Assembly: GCA_907165135.1 (NCBI GenBank) | Contig: OU015566.1 | Coordinates: forward strand, 4,712,001 to 4,776,000 | From: Oikopleura dioica | Lineage: Eukaryota; Animalia; Chordata | Length of the DNA: 64,000 nucleotides | Reading direction: 5' to 3' | In this document: positions 37,284-49,162 of the stretch, one piece after another | Numbering within the stretch: the stretch's first letter is position 1 | Layout of the letters: every line of letters starts with the position of its first letter | Program-made: the position numbers and the translations under genes | The notes under the pieces: model-generated | Told to the model about the DNA's origin: nothing | What the model saw: only the letters and a program-made list of their open reading frames with translations | Databases searched by the model: none

Positions 37284-40200
37284 ATGGTCACCAAGGCGGA
37301 ACGCGCCAACAATAGCTCTCCCAGCACCGAAAAATACCGCTTATCAATCATTCTGAAAATGAAATGAAAATTACGCCGAAAGAGATTTCTCGCGAGATTT
37401 CTCAAAAATCAACAAGCTACGAAAATGAAGCTGTCGTGGTCATTGAAGAGCCCGTTCAAGTTGGAACTGATGGGAACCGCGTCATCAACAGAAGCGACAT
37501 GGTTCTAGCGCCAAAAGGAAGGGAGAAAAATCAAGGAAGGCTTGAATTTCGAGCAAATTCGATTTGTAAAACTAGAATTTTTTAATGAAGGGTTGGGAAA
37601 GGTTTAAGCCGAAAAAAGCCGCCGGCGAATTGAGCGACAAAAGTCCGAAACTGAAAATTATCTGAAAAAACTCAACGAATTCGTCGAGTGCTACGGCCGA
37701 ACGCACAACTTCGATGGAGAGGAGTTCTACAACTTTGGCATTTTCCGCTTCGGGCTCGGAAAGGACTACATTCGCCCGTGCAATTTTGTGATGGTCCGAA
37801 ACGAGTTGGATCTGAACCCGAAGTTGCACTACGATTATTTGATGCGCTCGAACCCGGCGCCCGGGATGATTCTCTCTGTCCACGGAACAGGCATCAGCGA
37901 ATCCCTGGATGGCGGATACGCGGCCTCCTTGCTCGTCAAGGAGCAAATCTACAAAGCCGCCGAGTGCACTGGCTCCTGGATCACGACTTCGGGGATGAAC
38001 GATCCGCTGAACAACTTGATCGGAAGCGCCAGATACGAAGTGGGGAGACAAACGGGCGACAAGGTGCCCATCATTGGGTTTCCTTTTTGGGAAGCGATCA
38101 AGGAGAAAAACGGGCTAAAAGTCAACCCCTATGGAAAACCGGAAGAGAAAAGGGAAGAAGAGGAGGAGGTCGAAGTCAGGAAAGAAATCATCATGTCGAC
38201 AAACGACAGCAGCTTGGACCGGAATCACTCCCAATTCATGATTTTCGAAGGCCGAACGATCCGAACAAGCTCGAATCCGCAGCGAAACAACTTTCGCTTC
38301 CACGTCGAAATGAAATTCAAAGATGAAGGGGACGGAATCCCCGTGGCAAATATTCTCGTCTCCGGCGACTTGAGCTCGTTGAAATCGATTATTCTTAGCT
38401 GGGCTCGGAAACTTGAGTAGAAAACCTGAGTCAGGTTTTGAAGAGCTTAAATGGAAAGCCGCGTGGCAGGAATAATAATTAATGAAAAACAAATTTAAAA
38501 TAATATGAAAAATATAAAAAAAGTTAAAGAAGTTCTATTATAATTCAAATTTTAATTTTTTGAGAAATCATAATTTTATTCTGAAATGGACAAGTCGGCA
38601 TCTTTTTTTAATAATGAGTTTGAGAACTCTTTTCATTTATTTAGTAAGTAATGCCACATTTGCCCAATTTTATCGTAAAGATCAAGTTATCGAGCATGAA
38701 ATTCCGACTCTTCAATACCGGATATGACCTTATCCACAAATGTTTTAGAGACATGGAAATTTCAAATGGGCAAAAGCACCATAATTCCAAAATTTCATCA
38801 AAAATTTGGTCGAAACCGTCAAAATATTTTCGCGGCTTTCGATTTAAGCTCTCCAGAACCTGAGTCAGGTTTACTTGTCAGGTTATCGAGCCCAGATTCT
38901 CAGACTCAGGGAAGAAACATCGGTCATCATTTTCAAGGGAGCTGGTGGTGCGGCAGATGTCGTGGCAAACTCACTCGAATTTTTAGCCTCAAAAGCGAGT
39001 GAAATGGAGTATTCGAATTTCTCGGCCGATACGAGCTTCGATTCAGACTCGTTGACCGAAAACTTGGTTGATGGGAAAATTCCCGACGCTTCTGATCGGC
39101 TTAATGAGCGGATTTATCAAGCAATGACGACGCTGGAAATGATGGAGATTTTGAAGAAATCGTGTATTTCGAGAAGAAGCGCGGTCGAGGTCAAAAGCTG
39201 GGTCGTCGACATCAAGAAAATATTTCTCATGCGGAAGCACATCACGATTTTTAATTTGAAGCAGAAAAAGAAGCTCTCGCATGTGTTGATGGAAAATGTG
39301 CTCAAGGACAGAGTTGTAAATTATGCTTTATTTTCGCTAAGCTGAGCTTAACTGAGCTGATCTGAGCTGAGCTGAGCTAAACTGAGCTAAGCTGAACTGA
39401 GCTGAACTGAACTGAGCTGAGCTGAACTGAGCTGAGCTGAGCTGAGCTGAGCTGAGCTGAGCTGAGCTGAGCTGAGCTGAGCTGAGCTGAGCTGAGCTGA
39501 GCTGAGCTGAGCTGAGCTGAGCTGAACTGAGCTGAGCTGAGCTGAGCTAAGCTGAGCTGAGCTGAGCTGAGCTGAGCTTAGCTGAGCTGGGTGAGCTAAG
39601 CTGAACTGAGCTGAGCTGGCTGAGCTGGGCTGAGCTGAACTGAGCTGAGCTGGGTGAGCTAAGCTGAACTGAGCTGAGCTGGCTGAGCTGAGCTGAGCTA
39701 AGCTGAGCTGAGCTAAGCTGAGCTGAGCTAAGCTGAGCTGAGCTAAGCTGAGCTAAGCTGAGCTGAGCTAAGCTGAGCTGAACAGAGCTGAGCTAGGCTG
39801 AGCTGAGCTGAGCTGAGCTGAACAGAGCTGAGCTGAACAGAGCTGAGCTGAGCCGAGCTAAACAGAACTGAACAGCGCTGAGCTGAGTTGAACAGAGCTG
39901 AGCTGAGCTGAGCTTAGCCGGGTAAGCTGAGATAGGCAGTAAGCACACTCAGCTCAGCAAATTTGCAACTCTGCTAAAGGATGATTCAGTTCGGCAACTG
40001 TTCGTCGCGATGCAGATGAATCTAACCTCAGTTGTGAAAGCTCAGCTTGAGAAAATCAACATCAAGGGATACCGAGCTCTTTTCTCATCGGAAAAGGCTT
40101 ACGACATGTTTTTCGGAGCGATTGCTGACAACAACATTGCCTTTGTTTCGATCTTTCTTGAGCAAGGAATCGATCTGTCCATGTCCGAAGAAATGGACGG

Positions 40201-43200
40201 CAAAATCACCAAGTTCTTCAATCAAACTCGGCAGCAACTCCCCGGTGTTTTTGAAAAAGTGAAGAAGCATGAAGACAAAAAGAGGTTGATCGAGCTTCAA
40301 AGTCCGAGAAAACGATTTCTTGGAAAACGAAAAATCGAGGAAGAAGAAAAAATCAAACAGATGGACAGTGATTTTTCTGTTTTTGACGTGATTTCTGGCC
40401 TGCGAATTTTGAAAAAGGACTATATCAGCAATTACGGGGTCTACATCGACGACCAGGATCCAATGATCCGCGGCCGGTTGAACCCAGTCAAAGCGCTGTT
40501 TTTCTGGAGCCTGGCGACGGAGAACTTCGAAATGGCGGAAATTTTCTGGCGGGAGGGGGAAAAAGACGCACTAGTCCTCGCTCTAGTTGGCGCGGCGGCC
40601 TGCGACTTTATTTCAAAACTGTCAAAGACGTACGATATCAAATGCGAAATTGGAACTCACAAGAAGAAATTCACCGATTTGGCGATTGGGCTTTTGTCGG
40701 AGAGCATCAAAAATGACAACGAAAACACGAGGAAATTCTTGACCCAAATTCATCCGGAATATGGACAATTGACGCCTCTAGAAATCGCTGTCAACGGAAA
40801 CGTCATTGCCTTCGTCGCGCATCGATTTGTCCAGCACGAGTTGGACACAATCTGGCTCGGTCGAATCTCGAAGCTCGCTTTCGAATCCGGCCGGAATAAA
40901 GAATGGGTCTACTACTGCTCCCTCGCCATGCCTTTCGGAGCTCCTTACTGGCTCAAATTCGACACCCACAAACCAACAGCTTCGTATTTGACAAAATTCA
41001 GGTGCTTCTTCAATGCGCCGAGAACTGTTTATGTTTATAATTTCATCATGTATACAATCTATCAAGGACTTTTTGGTTATGTCCTGACGATGCAATTTTG
41101 CACAAGACCGTTTTTTGCTGAATGGTTTTTGCTTGCTTGGACGATAACACTTATTTTGGAAGAATTTCGACAAATGAAAAGCTCAGGAACGGGTCAACCG
41201 AGCTCGAGTTGTATTTTCGGAGCCGCGGCAAAAAATTGAAGTGATTTTCTTGAATCAGGGTTTTGATTGGCAGGTAGACAAAATACAGCAATCTTATTGG
41301 TCTTCCAAAAATGCACTCCTATTTATTTTTTTGGACTAAACTAAAACTGGCAGTGAATTCTCGGATTACCAATAAGATTGCTGTATGTCGTCTAACAGCC
41401 AATCAAAACCCTTTTCCACAAAATCACTTCCATTTCTGGCCATGCCCGATTTCATCCCGAAAATCAACTTGACTCTAAGAGCCGCGGCAAAAAATTGAAG
41501 TGATTTTCTGGAATCAGGGTTTTGATTGGCCTGTAGACCAAATCCAGCAATCTTATTTGTAATCCAAAAGTGCACTTCTATCGATTTTTTGGACAAAACC
41601 AAAAAATGGAAGTGAATTTTTGGATGACCAATCAGATTGCTGTATTTGGTCTACTGGCCAATCAAAACCATGATTTAGAAAATCACCTTCATTTTATGGT
41701 TTTGCCCGATTTTCGCTGTTTTCTATTCGTCTTTGTTGATCCCAATAAGATGGCAACAGTTTTCTGAACCAACTCCACCACTGGATGCAAGACGAGTGGA
41801 ACATCATGGACATGATCGGATTCGTCGTCCTCTCCATCGGCGTCGTCCTCAAACTGTCAACCGAGCCCGAAAACACCGACTGTACATTTTTCTCCGGAGG
41901 CCCAGAGGAATGCTGCCCGCTTCAGATGTCGCCAGAGTTTCAAACATCTCAGATTTTGTACACGATTTCATTCATTGTTCTGATGATCCGAATGATGAAT
42001 TTTTACATCGTCACGAATGTCATGGGTCCGAATATCATCATCATCTGGCACATGATCAAGGACATGTACTTCTTTTTGATCATGTTTGGAATATTGATCT
42101 ACGCGTATGGAGCTTCCATTCAAGGATTACTCTATCCAAACGAGTTCCGAATCTTGGAAGTTTTCGACGGTGTCTTTCGCCGGCCACTTTTGACCGTTCT
42201 CGGCGAAACTTTCATGAAAGAAGTCCAAGCTTGGGGATTCGAGGGCCTCGCCGACCCAAGCAACGATCCACTTGAATCTGATCCAGGAGCATACTGTACC
42301 AATACAACGACGAAAAGCGGCCTCTTGCAGGATATGGCAGATTTTACCACTATGTCAATGCGATGTCCACAAGAAAACTGGTTTATCAAGGGTCTCTCGT
42401 TGTTTTACATGATGAGTGCGAATATTATTCTTTTGAACTTGCTCATCGCCATGTTTACGCACAGTTTCGACGTTGTCAAAAGCAATCGATCAGGTGAAAA
42501 ATATAGAAAAATATAAAAAAATAATAAAATTTATTTAAGGACCCCCGTCAGGATTTTTCGAAAAATCAAATTTTGACCCTGGAAATGGATTTTGAAAACG
42601 ATTTTGAGGCTCCATTTTTTGAGGGTCTATCTCGACTCCTTCATCCCCAAAATCGCATTTGAAAATCGGACTTTTCGCCGAAAATTGACGAATTTGCCCT
42701 AATTTTGGCAAAATATTGATTTTTCTTGGTCGAAATTTCCTCTTATCAAGATTTTGAAGCAAGTTTAACCTGAGGACGCATTAACAACCAAAAATAAGGT
42801 GTTTTTAAAAATTTCCATTTTTCGAGGAAAAAGCTGACGGTGGGGGGCCTTAAATTCAATATTTTGTAAATATATAAAAATAAAATATATATTAATATAT
42901 ATCTATTAAAATTAATTATTATATTAAACTATATTTAATTTTTATATATAGATAAAATTTACAATTATTCTTTTAAAATATAATAAAATATAAAATTCTA
43001 AGGTGATATGGATCTTTGGAACTCAAAGCGCTACGCCCTAATCAAGGAGTATTACCGTCGACCTGCCCTAGTTCCTCCCTTTTACGTCCTTCGATTCGTC
43101 GCAAAAGCCTTTGAAAAAATCATCCTTCTTTGCTTCGGCAGCAATTGGGACTTGCGGAATCGAACTCGAGAGATTCACCGTAAACTCGAAGAAACCAAGC

Positions 43201-45219
43201 GCCCCATGAGAAGACATCTTCAAAACTCTCTAGGAGGAGTTCCGACTTATTTCGGAGAAATTCAAGTTGGCAAAAATTGCGCCCAAGCATCGGAAAACAT
43301 AACAAAATCGACGATGCAAGGACGAAAGAAGTGACAATTGAAGAACTTGAAGCTCATTTCTACAGCGTCAGCGCCAAATTCATTTCGCGGCACAAGAAAA
43401 AAGTTCAAGAAAAAGCCGCGCTGGAGGAAAAACTCTACGATTCTAGCGACGAAGAGGAAGAAATTCAACAAAAACTGGATCAAATGGACGAACATATGAA
43501 AAAGATGCTGAAGAACATTTCCGATCGACTATCAAAAGTGCAAAAGAAAATGGACAAATCGCAAAAGCCAGACTTTGATCCGGAATTTGCAGAAAGACGA
43601 AAAGTTATTGGCGATTTTATGCGAGAAAAACGAGGCCAGGATTTGAGTCGAAATCCTCATCTTCCCGTTTCGAGCAAAAAAGTCCTCAGCAAATTCAACA
43701 TTCCTGACAACATTCTGACCCGCGGAAATGGCAATTCTTCAGACTCCGATGAAGACGATGATTTGCTCGGTGAAATTCAAAGTTTCAAACTCACGAAGCT
43801 CAAGCCAGTTTCTCCACTAGAGCCACTAGAATTTACAGAGCTGACCCTTCAGCACGAAGAAGAAAAACCGATAGAATATGTCACAGTCGTTCACGAAAGA
43901 GTTGGAGCGGTTGGCCCGCAAGAAGAAATTGTCGAAATGATGGAAGAAAGTGAATTTGTCGAGATGTCAGATGATGATGTTGAGCTTCATCTCCCAGAAG
44001 AAACGTCTTCAGTTTCTGTCGATGGTTCTTTGGAGCCTTCAAGTCCGCGCTCCGAGTCTCAAAACATCGAGAAGAAAAAGAGCTTGTCGATGAAAAAGCG
44101 CGCAAAAAAAGCTTCGATCAGAGTTCAACAATCATTTTCAAGAACTCCAACACCAGATGGCAGTCCGAGGAAAAAATCATCAAAGAAAAAGTCTTCCTCT
44201 CAGCCTCCTCCACCCCCCGGAGCACCACCGCCACCACCACCAGCAGCGGCACCGTGTCTCTCACAAGTTGGCCCGCCTCCTCCGCCTCCTCCAGCAGCGC
44301 CGGCTTGTAATCTTCCTCCTCCAAAGCCCAAGTCTGGTTTCTTGTCCAAAGTCAGTTCGAATGTCCCAAAACCGCCGCCAATGCCGAGTTGGATGCGCAA
44401 GGGCGCTCATATGTTGAATCCAATGACGTTGACGAGGAGTTCACCTCCGAGTAAGATTTCCAGTCCGAAGAAAATATCCTCGCCGAAAAAGTACAAACTG
44501 GAAAAACAAAGGAAAATTGACAGCAAGTCTCCTTCCTTTTCTCCAGCACTTCCCTTTCCCTTTGAAGATGTGATGCAGATTATCGAGCTCAATCGAAGGT
44601 AAAACCTCTGCCCCCCAATTCTATCCCCCTTTTCACCCTTTTCAGACGTTGGAAACACTCCCGCTCGCCGAAATACGGAAAAGTCCAATCGGCTCCCCGC
44701 CGCGCTCTTATCACCAACGACCAGATCAGCTGGGACAGCTCTTTCCCCGGCTACTCCCCAGTCACACTGAACCACACGATTAAAACCCAACTTCGTAATC
44801 CGGCCGGAAGAACGGGAATCGCCGGACTTGGCTTTTTAGAAAATCTCGGAGAGAATGAAAAATTCGTTTTTGTGATTCGCGATGAGAATCAAATCCTCCT
44901 CGAAAAGAGGGGAAAGAATCTTCCAGTGGAGATCATTGAAAGTGGAAGAATTTCGAAGTTTTTGAAAAGACAAAATTTGCAAACTGAAGAATTTCGCTTT
45001 GGAGTCGTCGATTCTGAATGGAATACTGGTAAACCAATACGCTAGAAACCATGCTCGATATTTTCAGACAATGCTTGGGTCGAAATGACTGTAATCTACG
45101 CCTTCACAGACCTGACAAAGCCCCTTGGATGGGAGTTTATCGGACTCACGCCTTGCCCAATCAAAGAAAATCTCGGAGATTACTTCAAAAAACCTATTTC
45201 TGCCAGTGAAAATCTCTAA
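37284..45219 (+). CDS. TRPM2: TRPM2-like cation channel with a degenerate C-terminal NUDT9-homology domain
   Basis: SLOG/MHR motifs (GSWITTSG, SSLDRNHSQF, GAGGAAD, LFFWSL), TM region (WNIMD, NVMGPNIIII, NIILLNLLIAMFTHSF), TRP box DLWNSKRYALIKEYYRRPALVPPF, NUDT9H RNPAGRTGIAGLG and WNTDNAWVE. One homopolymer indel at 37330-37334 and an unresolved frame change near 43180-43277. Confidence 0.85.
38399..38895. mobile_element. 497-bp CCTGAGTCAGG-family MITE inserted in a TRPM coding exon
   Basis: TIR ctgggctcg/cgagcccag. TSD attcttag (38391-38398) and attctcag (38896-38903), 7 of 8 identical. Confidence 0.88.
39340..39955. repeat. (GAGCT)n pentamer satellite of about 600 bp in a TRPM intron
   Basis: Over 100 GAGCT/GAACT/AAGCT units with higher-order variants. 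Right boundary caaatttgcaactctgc is shared with the element at about 61480-62170. Confidence 0.95.
41220..41710. mobile_element. Tandem pair of palindromic CCAAT-rich MITEs in a TRPM intron
   Basis: Units start gagccgcggcaaaaaattgaagtgatttt at 41220 and 41479, with arms cagcaatcttattgg/ccaataagattgctg. Fragments also at about 49410-49470 and 58760-58840. Confidence 0.8.
42539..42849. mobile_element. PIF/Harbinger-like MITE in a TRPM intron
   Basis: ttaa|ggacccccgtcag...ctgacggtggggggcc|ttaa. G-rich TIR start with TAA/TTA flanks. Confidence 0.75.
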
Positions 45220-45296
45220 ATATTCGATCACTATAAAAGTGTAAAAACTTTCTGTCTTATCAGTAATATAACTTCTTATCAGTGGCGGATCAGCAT

Positions 45297-45368
45297 GACT
45301 CCTTGGCGCAACGGTAGCGCGTCTGACTCCAGATCAGAAGGTTGCGTGTTCGAATCACGTAGGGGTCA
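45297..45368 (+). tRNA. trnW-CCA: tRNA-Trp (CCA)
   Basis: GACTCCTTGGCGCAACGGTAGCGCGTCTGACTCCAGATCAGAAGGTTGCGTGTTCGAATCACGTAGGGGTCA. 7-bp acceptor stem, CCA anticodon, TTCGA T-loop, T5 terminator at 45372-45376. Confidence 0.97.
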
Positions 45369-46135
45369 AACTTTTTCGATTCCAATGTTTATTCGTTGCA
45401 AGCATTTAGCAGGATAAATAAACCAATTTTCGCTTGAGAAATTTTTCTTACATGAGCACCATACTTTGGCTTCTAAGAACTGGCGCCTTTCCTCGTTGTT
45501 TTCTGCTTCCTTTTTAGCGGTTTTTCCAAATTTTCGATGGATTTACCGGTGAAAATAGGGGTTTCCCTGAAAAAATCCGAGAAAAAGCGACCTCTAGCGA
45601 ACGCATTTCATTTTCTTTTCAGTGGCGGAGGACCCCGCCTGCTGGAAGACTATCAATTCTAGAAGAGAAAACCGCTTTCCTCCAATCCAGACCCCACTAT
45701 CAGCAGCAAATCCAGGGGTCTTTTTCTTCTCTAGTTTCAGAACACCATGCCCTAAAAAAAGTTCAATACAGTAAGTTCACTTTGTTCTTCTTCAAAAATT
45801 AATGAAAGAAGTGTGTACCTTTCGGAAGCGCGGAACACTTGTGATCATCGTCGTTTGGCCCGACCCAAATGTCGAAATCATTCAGCCCTGTTCATTGGAC
45901 TTAAATTTGAGCTATAACAGCATGATTTGAGTGCTGAAGTGCTTAAAAAGTCATAAGCAAGTCATTTATTTTTCAAAGTCGAGGTTCAACAAATCCCTTT
46001 CAAAATTTAAGTTATTGAAATTGAATGTTTTAAAAAGTGTCTTTTGAAAGTCCTTCAAGTCCATTCCTTGGCTCTTTGTAAGCAAACCGCGAGCATTTGA
46101 TCCTGAATCGCCCGAAAGAACCCTGAAAGTCGGGT

Positions 46136-46530
46136 CTATTTTTGCTCAAGAACAACCGTTTTTGGCCGAAAAAGTAAGACCCGATTTCTGAATGCTTTTT
46201 CCGCCTTTTTCCGCTGCGACGAGCTCACGAACTTGACTGGCAAGCTCCGGCGCTTTTGAAAAGTCGCGATTTTGAGGCTCTCGCTGATGTCTTCCACGAC
46301 AGTTGGTTCCGTTTGAGCCTCGCTTGAAATGCCAGAAGGGCCGTCTCCAGAAGTTATTGACAATGTTCGCACAACGGGCTTGCGGGTATGCTCGTCTTCG
46401 CGGCGATTCCGGCCTCGGACGAACAGACAGAGCATCTTCTAGCGCGAATTAAAGCTCAGAAATGATGAAGAGCACTTACGTAAGCAATGCAGTACATGGC
46501 GACAACGAGGAGAACCTTATTTCCGGTTGA
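46136..46530 (-). CDS. Last exons of an unknown protein with a hydrophobic segment
   Basis: KVLLVVAMYCIAY|KMLCLFVRGRNRRED.. joined by a gtaagt..ctag intron. May belong to the upstream minus-strand gene. Confidence 0.4.
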
Positions 46531-46550
46531 AAATGAAATGATATTTTTAA

Positions 46551-46613
46551 GGGTCCACCTTCGATTTCCTAAATGACCGAAAATGTTTATTTTGAATATC
46601 GAAGGTAGTACCC
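46551..46613. mobile_element. Short TTAA-flanked gggt..accc MITE (internally deleted relative of 54683-54795)
   Basis: ttaagggtccaccttcgat...atcgaaggtagtacccttaa. Confidence 0.7.
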
Positions 46614-47166
46614 TTAAACAGAAATTAACAGAAATCGTAAGAAAGATCCCATTAATTGGTGCCTACCCCTTAAATTTTCCATTTTTCAACCAATCAGAAA
46701 AAGAGCTAAGGACAAGTCCAAATAATACAGTGCTTTATCCGACAATTCATTCGTAAAAATCTTCGGCACGGGCAACGGCCTCTCAAATTCTTGACCCTCT
46801 TTGCAGGGCATTTTTTATTACTTTGAAAGAGATGAGCTTGAATAAGTTCTGTTGAAGGATTGTCTCTTTAGTTTTTTAGTTAATGATCTCTTAACATGAC
46901 TTGTTTCGGAACTGAGGTCAGACAGACGAGATCAGATTTGCTAGAACTCGCTTTTTCAAATATTCATTCGAAGACGATTAGTTATTTAGGCGAGTAAGGA
47001 TAACTGTCATTTCTGCGGTTTCAGGACATCCTCTTTTTTCTTTGATGTGAACATCATTTCATTACTGTAACAGATCATTACAGGCACAAGAATGAATATT
47101 GATCAAAAAAATGAAGAAAAAAGTGCATCATTTTCAATTATTTATTTTCAAATCAACATCAAATTT

Positions 47167-49162
47167 TCAATATGAAAGAGCATGGCCACAAGAATGGCAA
47201 GAACGAATTCCACTACCGGTAAATCGGCTGTCCTGACTGGCCGCCAGAACATTTATCGGCGTTTCAAGAAGCTTTTCGCCCTTGTTTTGTCGGAAAATTC
47301 GTTCGAGTTCGTCGATAGCTGGGGTACATCGAACGCCGATTTCGTTATCGGAAGCATCTTGGTGGAGGCAGGAGATTTCGTACTTGTCGAATTGATCGTT
47401 CATTGAATTGAATGTCTTTTCGAATTTTCGGAGTTGTCTGTTTTTTTCGCTCTTCATTCGAACCCCCTTTTTCGACTCGAAAAGGGAAAAGAAAAGAAAT
47501 TTCGAGCGAGTCCTTGTTTTTTCTTTTGCATAAGTGTTCAAATTGAATATTCTCTGATTAATATCCTTGAAGCATAAATCCCTGAAAACCGTCAAATTCC
47601 AAGCGATCGAGTATCCAAATTCGGTCTGAAAGAAAACATTTTTTACTGCTAGCTTTAAGGGACCTACGTTGAATTTGTGATATCGTTCGAACTTGGTGTC
47701 TTTGTGTTTTACCGGCAAATTAATCACCGGGAGGCTGATTTTTTTCATGTAAACGACGATTTTTGCCATGAGCTCGTGAACTTTTGACGAATCATTTTCG
47801 ATGATCTCTTTTATCGTAAAACTGATGTCTCCGTTGAGAATGACGTGCGAATTGTGATCGGCGGCGAATTGCGAGCACTAGAAACTGAGCAAAGGTCGAA
47901 AAAAGGGAAAACTTACAGGAACGAGATCTCGCTGAGTATTTTCCCAAAAGCTCGCGCAGTGGTCTTCTTTGAGCGTGTGCATGGCGAGATCCTCACTTGC
48001 CGCTTTTGGGTGAGCTTCCATCAGATTTCGGAAGTTTTCGTCATTTGCCTGGGAAATCTTCATTTTCAGGTACTCCAGGTACGTCTCCAGCGCCTGAATT
48101 TTCGGCATGAGCGAAAAAAACGGGAGACACTGAATTGTGCCGCCCGGCGCCGCCCAGTGCCGGTTCCGGACCGGGCGGCGCTGGGCGGCGGAAAGTGGCG
48201 CAGGGCGGCACAATGCGGCGCAGGGCGGCACAAGACGGCGCAGGGCGGCACAAGACGGCGCAGGGAGGCACAAGGCGGCGCAGGGCGGCACAATTCAGCT
48301 CACCCAAAAAAGCCTATAGTAGTTACTGTACCTCCAGATGCACGTCAAGAATTTTCAAGTTCGTAAACATTTGCCCCAGCCAGTAAGTCTTCATCACCAT
48401 CAATTTGTTCAAAACAGTGTAGCCGAAAAGACTGTACATTTCTCCTCGAACCTCGAAGATGCTAAAAGCATTTGTCAAAAATTTTCTTTCAACAATTTCA
48501 AGCGCCAAGAATTTTGACACTTTTTGGACAAGAAAACATAAATCAAGAAAGAAACCTGTTATTTGATCGATAATTCTGAGCTCGTAAAAGTTCTTTCTTC
48601 CATTTTTGAACAATGCCATAGTTCAGCTTGTCGATCAAATTCGTGAGGAGAATGATGTCTGCTTCAAAATCTTTCTTGAGCGTTTTTGGATTGAAGATTG
48701 GCTTGAATTCTTGGAACTAAAGGGAAAAGGGTAAAAGCTGATTTTGAGTGGAATTTACGTGAATAAGGGTGTCTCTTCGTTGCATTGAAAATTCGTTTTC
48801 TTCTTTTCTTTCGTGAAATTCTTTGTGGCTATGATGTTCTTTGTGTTGATGCGTTTCAAGGTGCTGATGCTCTTCTTCCCCGAAAACTTCTTCTTCCACC
48901 ACCGTTTCCTCTTTTTCTTCTTCTTGGGCGCCAGAGAAGCGAAGTTTCTTCTTTTTCTTTTTGAAGCTCTCCTCGTCGGTGGGAACGCCCTTCTCTTCCT
49001 CCCCCATCTCTCGAATAGTCGAATCGAAATCAGAATCCATTTCCGTCGCGTCAGAATCCAAGGCTTCTGCTTCTTGCTCTCGAAGTAGTCTTGCCCTCTC
49101 TCGAAACCTAGAAGCAATAAAAATTTGCTTTCAAGTTCAGCTGAGGGGATACGATTTGGCAT
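47167..49162 (-). CDS. Multi-exon gene of unknown function with an acidic/His-rich N-terminal region
   Basis: Coding-like ORF segments 48717..49061, 48323..48619, 47878-48090 and 47167..47769 with plausible GT-AG joins. No recognisable domain. Confidence 0.55.
48130..48298. mobile_element. MITE with ctgaattgtgccgccc TIRs and internal 20-bp GGCGCAGGGCGGCACAAGAC repeats (intronic)
   Basis: 16-bp TIRs read directly. Explains several low-complexity ORFs. Confidence 0.85.

Noticed and set aside
37518-37607. Apparent GA donors at 37518, 41187 and 31911
   Set aside because: In each case an in-phase canonical GT donor exists nearby (37566, 41193, 31916), so GA is not required.
37572-38051. Long antisense or alternative-frame ORFs over TRPM, UBE4B and the CUB gene (e.g. 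37688..38326, 63105..63917)
   Set aside because: Expected shadows of GC-richer coding exons, with no motifs or independent splice signals.
39340-39955. Resemblance of (GAGCT)n to immunoglobulin switch-mu regions
   Set aside because: No Ig loci or class switching are expected in a tunicate. The array is intronic and linked to a dispersed repeat family.
43180-43277. Frame change after the TRP box as a recoding event
   Set aside because: No slippery site or clean intron could be established. An unrecognised short intron or an assembly indel is equally likely, so it is left unresolved.
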